Positions 18,101-29,023 of a stretch of 31,383 nucleotides of DNA are shown here, in pieces. Origin of the DNA: Archangiaceae bacterium. GTDB lineage: Bacteria > Myxococcota > Myxococcia > Myxococcales > Myxococcaceae. The DNA is taken from contig JAYVCD010000138.1 of NCBI GenBank assembly GCA_043750125.1, forward strand, positions 1 to 31,383. The letters are read 5' to 3'. A program made the translations under genes and the position numbers. The first letter of the stretch is position 1; the number at the start of each line of letters is the position of its first letter. The notes beneath the pieces are model-generated. The model was given only the letters and a program-made list of their open reading frames with translations, was not told the origin of the DNA and ran no database searches.

Positions 18101-18622
18101 ATGGATTCCCACTACGACCAGGTGATGAAGGCCCGCGAAGCGGCGGGGAAGGGGGTTCGAATGTACTTCGCGTACTCGACCATTCTCGACCGGGCCGCAT
18201 TTCTCGAATGGCGGGCCCAGCACGCCTATGAGTTCTTTGATTTGCCGAAGGGAGAGCTGGCCGAGGCGTCCGACGTAGCGCTGGCGTATGACTTTCCTTC
18301 TCGCTGGTGGGGCGGGCGCGTCGCCGGGCTCGTCGACCAGCCGGGGCAATCGGTCTTCGGTCGGGTGTTCGAAATTTCCGAGCTCGACTGGCCGATCATT
18401 TCGCACAAGGAAGGCGGAGTGACAGGGATGTCGGTCGAACGACCGGTGAAGCTGAAGGTGGGGGACAAGTTCATCGACGCGATCGCGTTCGCTACCCACC
18501 CGAAACGGCAGAGCCTGGACGGGCCGATCAGCACCCGTTTCGTGAAAGCGCTGGTTCGTGGAGCCACCGCAGCGGGGCTGCCTGCCGAGTGGATTGCTTC
18601 GTTGCAGGCGAAGGCCGTTTAG
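18101..18622 (+). CDS. Gamma-glutamylcyclotransferase-family protein
   Basis: YFAYS loop (canonical YFAYG), WGGRVA, VFGRVFEI, conserved Glu in HKEG, GA.AAGLP.EW. Confidence 0.82.
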   Translation: MDSHYDQVMKAREAAGKGVRMYFAYSTILDRAAFLEWRAQHAYEFFDLPKGELAEASDVALAYDFPSRWWGGRVAGLVDQPGQSVFGRVFEISELDWPIISHKEGGVTGMSVERPVKLKVGDKFIDAIAFATHPKRQSLDGPISTRFVKALVRGATAAGLPAEWIASLQAKAV

Positions 18623-18693
18623 GTCGCGTCCGGTCCGTTTCCGGATCTGCCGGTTCCCCACAGCCCCGATCTCCAAAATCAACCCCCGGGGCC

Positions 18694-18740
18694 TTGACTG
18701 CGTCTGTCTGGATGTGATTTTGATAATGAATGTCAGAATC
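18694..18740 (+). promoter_or_regulatory. Promoter with two overlapping Fur boxes
   Basis: TTGACT (-35, 18694-18699). GATTTTGATAATGAATGTC (18716-18734) and GATAATGAATGTCAGAATC (18722-18740) each match GATAATGATAATCATTATC at 14/19 and are offset by 6 bp. AT-rich island in GC-rich DNA. Confidence 0.75.
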
Positions 18741-19503
18741 AATCGCAGGCTGCTGCCGACCGTTCAAGCTGATGGCCCCGCTGGTGCTTTGGGCTGCCGC
18801 GGCTTCAGCCAACCCCCGTCCGCTTCCGTTCACCTATCCCTACGAGTCGCTGCCCCAGGGGTCGCTCGAGGTGGAGCAGTTCGTGGACCTCTCGCCGGTG
18901 GTGAGCCTGACTGCGGACGGAGAGCGAGAGTGGTCGGCGCGTTACCAGTTGATCACGGAGGTCGAGTACGGAATCACCGATCGGCTCGAGCTGGGGCTGT
19001 ACTTCGTGGCCGCGACCGAGCCTGGCGAAGCTCCGCTGGTGTTCGATGGAATCAAACAGCGGTTGCGGTACCGGTTTGGTGAGGCAGGACAGTGGCCGAT
19101 TGACGTGGCGATCTACGGGGAGCTGGCCGAGAAGCACGACGAAATCGAGCTCGAGCTCAAGATCAACCTCCAGAGGCGCTTTGGCCCCGCGCGGCTGATG
19201 GTCAACCTCTCGGGCGAGCGGGCGTGGGACTACAAAGGCGGGGGCGAGTGGGTGTTGAACCCCAGCGCCGGCCTCGCGGTCGAATTGAGCCCGTCGGTGA
19301 GCCTGGGTGTCGAGTACTGGATGCACGCGGTGCTCGAGGGCGACACCCAGCACTACGCGGGTCCGACCCTGGCGCTGCAGTGGAAGAAGCTGTGGGTCTC
19401 GGTGGCCCCCTACCTGCGGCTGGACAATCTCGGAACGGCAACCGCCTATAACGACAAGTACGGTCGAATCTGGGTGCGCACCGTGATTGGATTGAACCTG
19501 TGA
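18730..19503 (+). CDS. Predicted outer-membrane beta-barrel protein (DUF6662-like)
   Basis: Signal peptide ending AASA, then NPRPLPFTYPYESLPQG. EVEYGITDRLELGLY motif, alternating amphipathic strands, C-terminal VIGLNL. Alternative start at 18772. Confidence 0.75.
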   Translation: MSESIAGCCRPFKLMAPLVLWAAAASANPRPLPFTYPYESLPQGSLEVEQFVDLSPVVSLTADGEREWSARYQLITEVEYGITDRLELGLYFVAATEPGEAPLVFDGIKQRLRYRFGEAGQWPIDVAIYGELAEKHDEIELELKINLQRRFGPARLMVNLSGERAWDYKGGGEWVLNPSAGLAVELSPSVSLGVEYWMHAVLEGDTQHYAGPTLALQWKKLWVSVAPYLRLDNLGTATAYNDKYGRIWVRTVIGLNL

Positions 19504-19793
19504 AGGCGCTGCTCTGGCTGGCTGCGGTGGGAGGATTGGTCGCCGGCTGCGCGAGCCTCACGCCCCTTCCGACCGCGCGGGACTCAGAGCGCAGCGGCGT
19601 TCCTCTGCAAACGCTGGTGGAAGGCCGGGCGCTGTTTGTCGGCCGATGTGGAAGCTGTCACCGCACCCCTGATCCGGGGTCACTGGATTCCGGGGAGTGG
19701 GCGAGGGTGCTGCCCGAGATGATGGAAGACGCAAAGCTCAGCCCGGCCGAAAGCGCGCGGGTGCTCGCGTTCCTCCAGGCGTTGGCCAAACCT

Positions 19794-21974
<2,181 letters not shown>

Positions 21975-22067
21975 CGAGATCTCCACAATCGGGATGCGGC
22001 CAGCGACCGCGGAAGCGATGCCCCGCCGCTGGTCGTAGCCCGAGCGCGAAGCTGCGTCGCATTTTTC

Positions 22068-24239
22068 ATGCGGCCCCGGTCGAATGGAAGAAATCGCTGG
22101 GCTAAGAGCGCAGGTCTTCTGTCTCGAGTCGCGGCAATCATCGCGTTGGTTCTGGTGGGGTGCCGCCCGATACAGGACGTTGCGCCTGCGTCGCGGTCGT
22201 GTGAATCGACCTTGCGGTTCGCGCCCCAGCAATCGACCGAAGCGGTCAGTGTGCTGGGCGAATGGAATGGCTTTCAGCCCGAGGCGATGGAAAAGGGGGC
22301 CAACGGCGTCTGGGGGTTTACCCGTACGCTCGACCCGCGCGATTACGGATATCGCTTTGGGGTGGGAACCTCTGCGGCGATCACCGACCCCGAGAATGCC
22401 TTTCGCCGGTGGGCGGGGGGCATCGAGCACTCGCGGTTGAGGGTGGCGGACTGCGCGAGCCCGCTGCTGGAAGTCTCGAAGTTCGTGGCTGCCGGGAGGA
22501 CCGCGGGCAGCTTCGAGGCCCAGGCCTGGCGGGGGAGCAAAGGCGCTGCGCTGGGGGTCCCGGGGGTGACGCTGGACGGAGTTTCGGTGGGGGCATCGTG
22601 GGACCCGGCGACGGGGAAGCTGGGGGTCAGCAGCGCTGGGCTGGAACCGGGAAAACACCGGTTCGCAGTGACGCTGGCCGACGCGGCGGGCAAGCAGGCC
22701 GAGCGGCTGTACCTTCCGTTCTGGGTCGAAGAGACGCCGTTTCAATGGGCCGAAGCGATCTTGTACTTCGTCTTCACCGATCGGTTTCGCAACGGAGATC
22801 CGGCGAACGATGCTCCGACGGCGAACGTCGAGCCGCAAGCCAACTACCAGGGAGGCGATTTCCGGGGAGTGATCAAGTCGATCGAAGAGGGGTACTTCGA
22901 CAAGCTGGGCGTTCGTGCCCTCTGGCTGTCGCCGCTCGCGGCCAACCCGGACGAGGCGTTTCCCGGCAGCTTTGGAAAGTCGTACACCGGGTACCACGGC
23001 TACTGGCCGAGCAAACCCCGCGAGGTGCAGTTCCGCTTCGGGACCCTGTTCGAATTGCAGGAGCTCACGGCCGCGGCCCACAAGCACGGAATTCGGGTGA
23101 TCGCGGACCTGGTGCTCAACCACACCCACCAGGATCACCCGTACTTCCGGGACCACAAGGCAGACGGTTGGTACAACATTTCTTCGTGCATCTGCGGCGA
23201 GAACAACTGCAGCTTCGATGCGCGACCGCTCGACTGTTGGTTCACGTCCTACCTACCGGACTTCAACTGGCGCAGCCCGGCGCAAGACGAACAGCTGGTG
23301 CAAGACGCGCTGTACTGGTTGGAAAGCGCGGATCTCGACGGCTTCCGCCTGGACGCGGTGAAGCACTTTGATCACGTCGGGGGCCGCAACATCGCCGGAG
23401 CGGTGAATGCGATCGCGGATCGGACGGGAATCGATTTCTACCTGGTGGGCGAGACCTTCACCGGCTCGGACGGGCGGGCTCAAATTGCCCAGTACCTGGG
23501 TCCGCACGAGCTCGATGGGCAGTTCGACTTTCCGCTGTACTGGCCGGTGATCGACGCGTTCGCCAAGGGCGGGTCGCTGAAAGCAGTAGATGGGGCCGTG
23601 GCGGCGAACGAAGCGTTCTACCCGGCGGGGACGCTCAATTCGCCCTTCCTCGGCAACCATGACGTAGTTCGGTTCATCTCGACCGCGGCGGGGCAGATTG
23701 ACGCCGACCCGGGCTTTCAGGCGTGGAACAACCGGCCGCCGGATCAGGTGACGACGGACCTTCCGTTCACGCGCTTGAAGCAGGCCTTCACGTTCCTGCT
23801 CACTCAGCCCGGGGTGCCGCTGATCTACTACGGAGACGAAATCGGCCTGCCCGGCAGCGGAGATCCGGACAACCGGCGGTTGATGAAATTTGGGGCCGCG
23901 CTGTCCGGCCGCGAGAGCGCGCTGCTCGATGCGGTGCAAAAGCTGGGGTCCGCGCGCAAAGCGAGCAAGGCGCTGCGGTTTGGCGATCGCACGACGCTGC
24001 TGATCGAGGACGACGTCTACATTTTCCAACGGGCGGTGGTCGACGAGGGCGCCCTGGTGGTGATCAACCGGGGGCCCGCCCGCCTGGTGAGCGTGACCCT
24101 GAAAGGGGAATTCGCGAAGGCGGCCCCGCGCGGCTACCGGGACGTGCTGAGTGGGAAGACGCTGATGCTGGGAGGCGCGGCGGCCGTCTCGGTGAGCCTC
24201 GAGGCCAACACGGCGGCGCTCTACGTCCCGGCGAACTGA
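22068..24239 (+). CDS. GH13 alpha-amylase-family lipoprotein with CBM48-like N-domain
   Basis: Lipobox LVGC; SVLGEWNGF; DRFRNGD, YHGYW, DLVLNH; catalytic RLDAVKH / GETF / NHD; YYGDEIG. Confidence 0.9.
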   Translation: MRPRSNGRNRWAKSAGLLSRVAAIIALVLVGCRPIQDVAPASRSCESTLRFAPQQSTEAVSVLGEWNGFQPEAMEKGANGVWGFTRTLDPRDYGYRFGVGTSAAITDPENAFRRWAGGIEHSRLRVADCASPLLEVSKFVAAGRTAGSFEAQAWRGSKGAALGVPGVTLDGVSVGASWDPATGKLGVSSAGLEPGKHRFAVTLADAAGKQAERLYLPFWVEETPFQWAEAILYFVFTDRFRNGDPANDAPTANVEPQANYQGGDFRGVIKSIEEGYFDKLGVRALWLSPLAANPDEAFPGSFGKSYTGYHGYWPSKPREVQFRFGTLFELQELTAAAHKHGIRVIADLVLNHTHQDHPYFRDHKADGWYNISSCICGENNCSFDARPLDCWFTSYLPDFNWRSPAQDEQLVQDALYWLESADLDGFRLDAVKHFDHVGGRNIAGAVNAIADRTGIDFYLVGETFTGSDGRAQIAQYLGPHELDGQFDFPLYWPVIDAFAKGGSLKAVDGAVAANEAFYPAGTLNSPFLGNHDVVRFISTAAGQIDADPGFQAWNNRPPDQVTTDLPFTRLKQAFTFLLTQPGVPLIYYGDEIGLPGSGDPDNRRLMKFGAALSGRESALLDAVQKLGSARKASKALRFGDRTTLLIEDDVYIFQRAVVDEGALVVINRGPARLVSVTLKGEFAKAAPRGYRDVLSGKTLMLGGAAAVSVSLEANTAALYVPAN

Positions 24240-24242
24240 AGG

Positions 24243-24431
24243 CTACGCGGCCTTTGGCTTGTAGAAGATCACCAACGAGTAACAGTGAAACTCGTTGTCG
24301 CTGGACTGACCGACGACCTTGTCGACAATCTCGAGATCAGGATTGCTCTTGATCCACCGCGAGATGTTCTCACCAATCTCTTCTCGGTCTTTGGCCTTCG
24401 TCGCCGAAAACACCTTGACGCCCGTGAACAT
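24243..24431 (-). CDS. Small conserved hypothetical protein (62 aa)
   Basis: MFTGVKVFSATKAKDREEIGENISRWI...QSSDNEFHCYSLVIFY. Beta-alpha-beta-beta pattern; fills the gap between two genes. Confidence 0.8.
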   Translation of the reverse strand: MFTGVKVFSATKAKDREEIGENISRWIKSNPDLEIVDKVVGQSSDNEFHCYSLVIFYKPKAA

Positions 24432-24457
24432 GAAATGGCTTATGCCATAAGTCCCCC

Positions 24458-25192
24458 ATGCTGATCGATCTGCACGTTCATTCCTGGCTGTCGCGCGACT
24501 GCCAACTCGACCCGAAGCTGGTGCTGGCCCGCGCCGAATCGCACGGCCTCGACGGGGTCGCCTTCACCGAGACCAACACCCAGGACGGCTGCGACGAGCT
24601 GCTGGACCTGGCCAAGAGCACGAAACTGAAGATCTTCGTCGGCCTCGAGCTGGCGACCGATCGCGGGCAGTACCTGTGCTTTCTGCCTGAGCCGCTGAAG
24701 GCTCCCGAGCCCGCGCAGCTGTGGGGCAGCAACCGCGAGAAGCCGTGGAATGCCGAAGAGTGTCTGGCGAAGATGAAGTCGTTGGGCGCGGCGATTGTGG
24801 CGGCCAGGCCCTACGATCGAGACTCGTCTCACCCGGCAGGAGACTACGTCAAGACGCTGACCTGCTTGTCGGGCATCGAGGTCTACAACCCGCGGGTGCG
24901 ACCGGGCTCGAACGAGCAGGCGATCGAAGCGGCGTTGGCGCTGAAGCTTCCCGGAGTGGGCGGCAGTGACGCGCGAAGTTCCCTGGACGAGCTGGGGTAC
25001 GCAGCCACGCTCTTCAAACGCTCGGTGAAGACGCAGGCCGAGCTGGTGAAGGCAATTCTCGAAGGCCAGATGTGGCCGGTGCAGATGGGCGACCTGCCCG
25101 CGCTCTCTCGCCCCGGCGAAGCGAAGGCTCACGAGGCGACGCAGCGCAAGCACCAGAAGAAGCAGGCGCGCCGCGGCCGCTGGCGCAACTAG
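24458..25192 (+). CDS. PHP-domain protein with degenerate metal site
   Basis: DLHVHS, GLE, IEVYN and GGSDA motifs. Confidence 0.85.
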   Translation: MLIDLHVHSWLSRDCQLDPKLVLARAESHGLDGVAFTETNTQDGCDELLDLAKSTKLKIFVGLELATDRGQYLCFLPEPLKAPEPAQLWGSNREKPWNAEECLAKMKSLGAAIVAARPYDRDSSHPAGDYVKTLTCLSGIEVYNPRVRPGSNEQAIEAALALKLPGVGGSDARSSLDELGYAATLFKRSVKTQAELVKAILEGQMWPVQMGDLPALSRPGEAKAHEATQRKHQKKQARRGRWRN

Positions 25193-25877
25193 CAGGACCT
25201 TCGCACTTCGATTGGGTTGATTCTCACGCTGCCCTCGTATTTCTGGCGTTCGGCTGCATTGTGACCGTCGTTGAACAAAGAGAAGGCAACCACCGATCGA
25301 GTTGGAAGGTCTTCACAGCTTTCCTCGCAGCCGCAGTGAGTTGAGGGCCAACGATGACGGTCGGCCTTCGTCCCATTTTTCCTGTGGTGGTGCGCAGAAG
25401 GGTTGCCTCGATAGCGGTGAGTTCTTGCATCATCGCGCGCGCCGATTTCTTCGAGGCCAGGGCCACCTTGGCCAAGCTGACCAACATCAGGCCGATGACG
25501 GTCGCGAACGCGTGAAGCCGTAGAGAAGCGTCGTTCCATTGGAACGACGGGCCGCAAGGCGCCACGCCACCCTTCTTCGCCCGGCGAAATAGCTCCTCGA
25601 CATTCCACTGGCCACGGAAGGCGAGAACGATTCGCTCGGTGCTCCAGGCGTCCCGGTTGGTTGAGATGACGCGTCGGCCGAGGCGCGTGCGCTCGAGTTC
25701 TCTGCGTCGCGCATCATCCACTTCCCAGGCCAGCGACGGCCTCAGTTCATTCCCGCTGATGCGGACAATGACGAACGACGACAGGTGTTCCCGCGCCAGC
25801 ACTTGCTTTACTCGACGCTCGAGCGCACCGCGGTCAATGCGACCGGCCTCTGATCGCTTGGCGAGCTTCCGCAGCTA
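25193..25877 (-). mobile_element. IS1634-like insertion sequence remnant (3' end)
   Basis: Transposase C-terminal fragment, with more A/T-ending codons than flanking genes. Candidate terminal sequence CAGGACCTTCGCAC begins immediately after the PHP stop codon. Confidence 0.65.
25224..25874 (-). pseudogene. Truncated IS1634-family DDE transposase
   Basis: GRRVISTNRDAWSTERIVLAFRGQWNVEELFRRAK and P.FQWNDASLRLHAF. The frame is open upstream to 25874 (LRKLAKRSEAGRIDRG...) then hits TAG; the N-terminal portion is absent. Confidence 0.8.
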
Positions 25878-25993
25878 CCACTACTCGTTCCGCAGGATCA
25901 ATCCATGATGGCCCTCGGCGGACCAATCCGAGCCCCAGAGCTGCCGCAAGCCCTCAAGCCCTCGAAGGCCTCGTTAACTGATCGGCATTGGGG

Positions 25994-26698
25994 CTAGCGC
26001 AGCTCGCTCACCCGACCATCGCTCAGCACCGCCACCCGCTTTCCGCCGGGCCAGGTCCACGTCTCGAGCTTCCTCTCGCCCTCGAAGGTGAACCGTTTGC
26101 TCTCGGGATACCCCCACGCCATCTCGAGTGCCTCGGCGGGCATCTCGACGATCGCGCGCTTGGTCAGCACCCCTTCCCGCACCGGCTCGCTGAAAGCGGC
26201 CAGGCGCGGCGCGGGATCTTCCCGGCCCAGGTAGCGTTCGACTTCCGAGATGAACTCGGCCTCGTCCTTGATGCCCGGCCGCAGCACCAGCACGTAGGGC
26301 GGGGCGGACTTCGCATTGCCTCCGACGTCGAGGTACAGCCAGACCAGCGTGCGCGGAGTCATCAACATTCGCTCGGTCATCGTGAAGGACGAAGGGAACT
26401 CGACCTTCTTGATCCGCAAAATCGTCCCGGCCGGGAAGACCGCTTCGACCGCTCCGGGGTGAATCGCCGTCCCGTCCGTATTCTCGAGCAACCGAAGCTC
26501 ATCGGGCTGAACGGCCGAGAGCAGCTTCTTCGACGCGTCGCCGAAAAAAGGCGTCGCGAAGAACGAGACCTTCATGAACCGGTCTTCGCCCTCGAGCGCT
26601 CGGACGATTCCGGCCCGCGCTTCGGACGGAATGTAGACCTGGGTGGTGGTGCAGCCAACGAGGAGCAGCGCAGCGGTGGCAAGAGACAAACGGGGCAT
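25994..26698 (-). CDS. Hypothetical lipoprotein
   Basis: MPRLSLATAALLLVGC lipobox; C-terminal M...ALEMAWGYP...ETWTW (BamE/SmpA-like pattern). Confidence 0.82.
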   Translation of the reverse strand: MPRLSLATAALLLVGCTTTQVYIPSEARAGIVRALEGEDRFMKVSFFATPFFGDASKKLLSAVQPDELRLLENTDGTAIHPGAVEAVFPAGTILRIKKVEFPSSFTMTERMLMTPRTLVWLYLDVGGNAKSAPPYVLVLRPGIKDEAEFISEVERYLGREDPAPRLAAFSEPVREGVLTKRAIVEMPAEALEMAWGYPESKRFTFEGERKLETWTWPGGKRVAVLSDGRVSELR

Positions 26699-26775
26699 GG
26701 GCCGCTCTTACCGCACGCACGCCCCGTGGAGGAACGGCCGTTTGTCCGTTTCGCCTCGCGTGTGGGTGCCGCGCT

Positions 26776-27174
26776 TCAAGCCTTGGACGCGCTGCTTCCG
26801 CTGGTTCCACCGCTGGACGACGGGGTGCCGCCGCTGGCTGGAGGGCTCGAGCCCCCTGTATTTCCGCTGCCTCCGGAATCTTTCTTGGCCGTGTCTTTCT
26901 TCGTCGAATCGGTCGCTGCTGGAGTCGCCGGGGTGGTGCTGGTGGTGCTGGAAGTCGCCGGGGTCGAGGTCGACGCCGCGTCCTTCTTCGACGAGCCGTA
27001 GAGATCCGAGTACCAGCCGCCGCCCTTGAGCACGAAGCTGGTGCGGCTCACCTGGCGCGCCATCGTCCCTTCGGCGTTGCAGTGGGCGCAGGTCGCCGGA
27101 GCCGGCTCATCCATCTTCTGCAGCACGTCGATGCGGGTGCCGCACTTCTCACAGCTGTATTCGTAAATCGGCAT
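26776..27174 (-). CDS. FmdB-family zinc-ribbon protein with S/T/G-rich tail
   Basis: MPIYEYSCEKCG...CAHC...FVLKGGGWY; AAGGAG RBS. Confidence 0.92.
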   Translation of the reverse strand: MPIYEYSCEKCGTRIDVLQKMDEPAPATCAHCNAEGTMARQVSRTSFVLKGGGWYSDLYGSSKKDAASTSTPATSSTTSTTPATPAATDSTKKDTAKKDSGGSGNTGGSSPPASGGTPSSSGGTSGSSASKA

Positions 27175-27194
27175 CGGGACTCCTTGTCGTCCTT

Positions 27195-28385
27195 TCAGGG
27201 TGCAGAAGCAGGCTGGAAATCGAGTTGGGTTTCAATCCCGAGGCGTTCGATCGCCGTGCGCAGGGACTCGGGGTTGAGCGCGTGGCGCTTGGCCGCAAGG
27301 ACCACCAGTTGATCCAGATCTGCCATCACCGGCAGCGCCTCGAGCAACTCGAGAATGTCGCGGACCAACGCCTCTTTGAACCGCCGAACGATCTTCAAAT
27401 CGGCGAGGTACTTCCCGCGCCCGAGCATCTCGAGCCGCATCGGAAGGTTGCGGGTCGACAGCGCCTCACGCACCCACCGATCGCGGATCTCGTTCACCTC
27501 ATCGCGAATGCCGATCACCGCAATCAACCGATCGAGCTCGAACGCATTGAGCCCCATCGCGAAGGCCACCTTGACCAACGCCCCATGGCTCTCGGTCAGC
27601 CCCGAGAGGATCTCTTCCCGTTCCTTCCGCGCGATCGCCTTGGTCAGCTTGTGGCGCTCGAGCAGGGCGTCGACATCGTCGGGCGAGGGCGCGACCCCTC
27701 GGCGCACGACGTACTGCCGCTCGAGCGTCTTGCGCAGCGAGATCCGATTGCCCGTCTGCTCGATCAACCCGATCAGCTCGTCTTTGGCCGCGGGCCGGAA
27801 GAGCTCTTCGAGTCGGCTCGCTTCGGCCTCGATGCGGGTGAACTTTCCGCGGGGCAGGGGCAGCTCTCGCTTTTTCCAGGGCGACTGCACCACCGCGGCC
27901 CGGACTTCGACCACCGCGGGCGCCGCTGCCGGCTGCCGCTTCTTCGGCGCGATCTTCTGCGCGATCGTCGCCGCCACCTTCTTCTGCTTCCGCCCAGGGG
28001 AGACCGGCACCACCGCTGGCGTCTTTTCGGGCTTCCGCGCTGCCGGGGGGGGCGGCGGGGCCACGGCGCGCTCGGGAGCCATCGTCCGGGCCGCCATCGA
28101 CCGCACCAAGTCGTAGTAGCCGGTCTTTTCGCGCTGCGCCGCGACCGCCGGAGCCGTTCCACTGACCACATCGACGACCGCGAAGGGGCCCAGCGGTTGC
28201 ACCGAAGGCTCGGCGTCGGTCAGTTCCTTCACCCGAAAGTCATCGTCGTCCGAGAGCACCGCGAGCGCTTCGCGAACCACTGCCGCGGGCGCCTGTCCTT
28301 TCGCGCGGCGGCAAAAATCGGCTACGGCAACCGCGATCGGTGTGGGAACGTCGTCGGGGTGCCGTCTGCGCTGCCACTGCTCCAT
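27195..28385 (-). CDS. Hypothetical protein with Pro/Lys-rich linker and possible Fis-like HTH
   Basis: Start MEQWQRRRH at 28385; DFCRRAK and PLGPFAVVD motifs; 20-bp gap to fmdB. Confidence 0.75.
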   Translation of the reverse strand: MEQWQRRRHPDDVPTPIAVAVADFCRRAKGQAPAAVVREALAVLSDDDDFRVKELTDAEPSVQPLGPFAVVDVVSGTAPAVAAQREKTGYYDLVRSMAARTMAPERAVAPPPPPAARKPEKTPAVVPVSPGRKQKKVAATIAQKIAPKKRQPAAAPAVVEVRAAVVQSPWKKRELPLPRGKFTRIEAEASRLEELFRPAAKDELIGLIEQTGNRISLRKTLERQYVVRRGVAPSPDDVDALLERHKLTKAIARKEREEILSGLTESHGALVKVAFAMGLNAFELDRLIAVIGIRDEVNEIRDRWVREALSTRNLPMRLEMLGRGKYLADLKIVRRFKEALVRDILELLEALPVMADLDQLVVLAAKRHALNPESLRTAIERLGIETQLDFQPASAP

Positions 28386-28420
28386 CAATAGAAGGCCTGT
28401 CGAAAGTTGAAGACGGTGTG

Positions 28421-28448
28421 CGTATAAGGACTCTTCCGAGCAAGTCAA
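28421..28448 (-). promoter_or_regulatory. Putative sigma70-type promoter
   Basis: Minus strand TTGACT-N16-TATACG upstream of ATG 28385. Confidence 0.5.
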
Positions 28449-29023
28449 TGAACCCGGGCCCCCCAAAACACGATGAACCTTCGGTGGTCGGAATGCGGGT
28501 GCGCCCGCCCTTGGCCCTGGCGCTGTACGCGCTGCTGGTGGTTTCCGCCGGCACCGCGCTGTGGACGCAGAGCAACCCAGGCAGCGCTCCGGTCTGGGTC
28601 GAGCGCTCGGCCCCCTGGGTGTTCCTCGCGTTCGTGCTGGGTTTTGCCGCCTATCGGTTCTCGCTGGTGGCCGCGGGTCGATACTCGGCCTTCAAGGCCT
28701 TCTTCCAGATCTTCGTCGCAGCGCTGTTCTTCCTGCTGCTGTTGCTGCCGGGCTCTCCGTTCGTCAAGCACCGCTCGACGCTTCCGATGGAAGTGCTGCT
28801 TCGAGATCCCGATGCAAGGATTCGTGCGCTCGCCGCAGAAGTTGCCGGGTTCCGACGAGACGTGCCCTCGGCGTCGCTGCTGATTCGCCTGCTCTCGGAC
28901 CCTTCGGCCGAAGTCCGGACCCAGGCCCACGAGGCCCTGGTGCGCCTGAACGAGGGCGGCGATCTCGGCCCTTCGGTGGCTGCCTGGAAAGATCGTTTCC
29001 CCGGCCCCGACTCTTCGCCATGA
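28448..29023 (+). CDS. Membrane protein (3 TM) with C-terminal HEAT repeats
   Basis: Three hydrophobic segments; LLRDPDARIRALAAEV and LLSDPSAEVRTQAHEAL. Start is 28448 or 28493. Confidence 0.82.
   Translation: MNPGPPKHDEPSVVGMRVRPPLALALYALLVVSAGTALWTQSNPGSAPVWVERSAPWVFLAFVLGFAAYRFSLVAAGRYSAFKAFFQIFVAALFFLLLLLPGSPFVKHRSTLPMEVLLRDPDARIRALAAEVAGFRRDVPSASLLIRLLSDPSAEVRTQAHEALVRLNEGGDLGPSVAAWKDRFPGPDSSP

Noticed and set aside
21975..23156. Apparent 1120-aa GlgB with a long N-terminal extension
   Set aside because: The extension is antisense to the GH13 gene; GlgB-like sequence starts near 21974.
25955..25980. CTCGAAGGCCTCG as the second IS terminal repeat
   Set aside because: Shares only CGAAGG with the candidate end, and there is no flanking target duplication.
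26755..26772. CGGCAC on the minus strand upstream of the lipoprotein as a sigma54 promoter
   Set aside because: GG-to-GC spacing is 9, not the required 10.
26780..26990. Repetitive GGT/GCT-rich DNA
   Set aside because: Encodes the Ser/Thr/Gly low-complexity tail common in FmdB proteins; not an independent repeat array.
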